A stretch of 59,951 bases of DNA from Candidatus Daviesbacteria bacterium (lineage in GTDB: Bacteria > Patescibacteriota > Microgenomatia > Daviesbacterales > UBA10151), in contig DAIDIY010000011.1 of NCBI GenBank assembly GCA_027451625.1, positions 1 through 59,951 on the forward strand, read 5' to 3'. Positions 59,951 to 59,951 of the stretch are shown here, in pieces; within the stretch, counting starts at the first letter, position 1; every line of letters begins with the position of its first letter. A program made the position numbers and the translations under genes. The notes beneath the pieces were generated by a model. That model was not told the DNA's origin, made no database searches, and saw only the letters and a list, made by a program, of their open reading frames with translations.

Positions 59951-59951
59951 A

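Overview
AT-rich bacterial chromosomal segment. Gene content and style suggest a Candidate Phyla Radiation (Patescibacteria, Microgenomates-like) genome; this is inference, not a database result. 1-8 kb is a decaying accessory region (IS30 remnant, several pseudogenes, a RelE-type toxin-antitoxin pair, CYTH, NUDIX, GNAT) ending at tRNA-Gln(CTG). 8.2-15.4 kb is a tightly coupled operon: DEDDh exonuclease, rpiB, rpe, LOG nucleotide phosphoribohydrolase, split transketolase, NDH-2-like flavoprotein, PfkB kinase, LacD-type aldolase. It reads like a nucleic-acid-to-glycolysis pathway lacking transaldolase. 15-29 kb holds envelope and hypothetical genes (L,D-transpeptidase, a divergent LCP protein, LytR_C, an unannotated 50-aa Zn-ribbon gene). 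29-38.7 kb is a repair island: ruvCAB divergent from an EndoQ-like nuclease-UvrD-mutS-mutL operon, where EndoQ and UvrD (not visibly MutS/MutL) end in beta-clamp motifs. Then come nrdR-nrdJ (NrdR boxes) with cobO nearby, CIRCE-preceded lon, ppa, a two-component pair, a Cys-less cupredoxin, msrBA, GT-C membrane proteins, tRNA-Glu(CTC) and lysS-HD-serS. Across the window, at least 15 first-in-unit genes have a -10 box 6-8 nt before the ATG, indicating pervasive leaderless transcription. No CRISPR array, rRNA or intact mobile element was seen.
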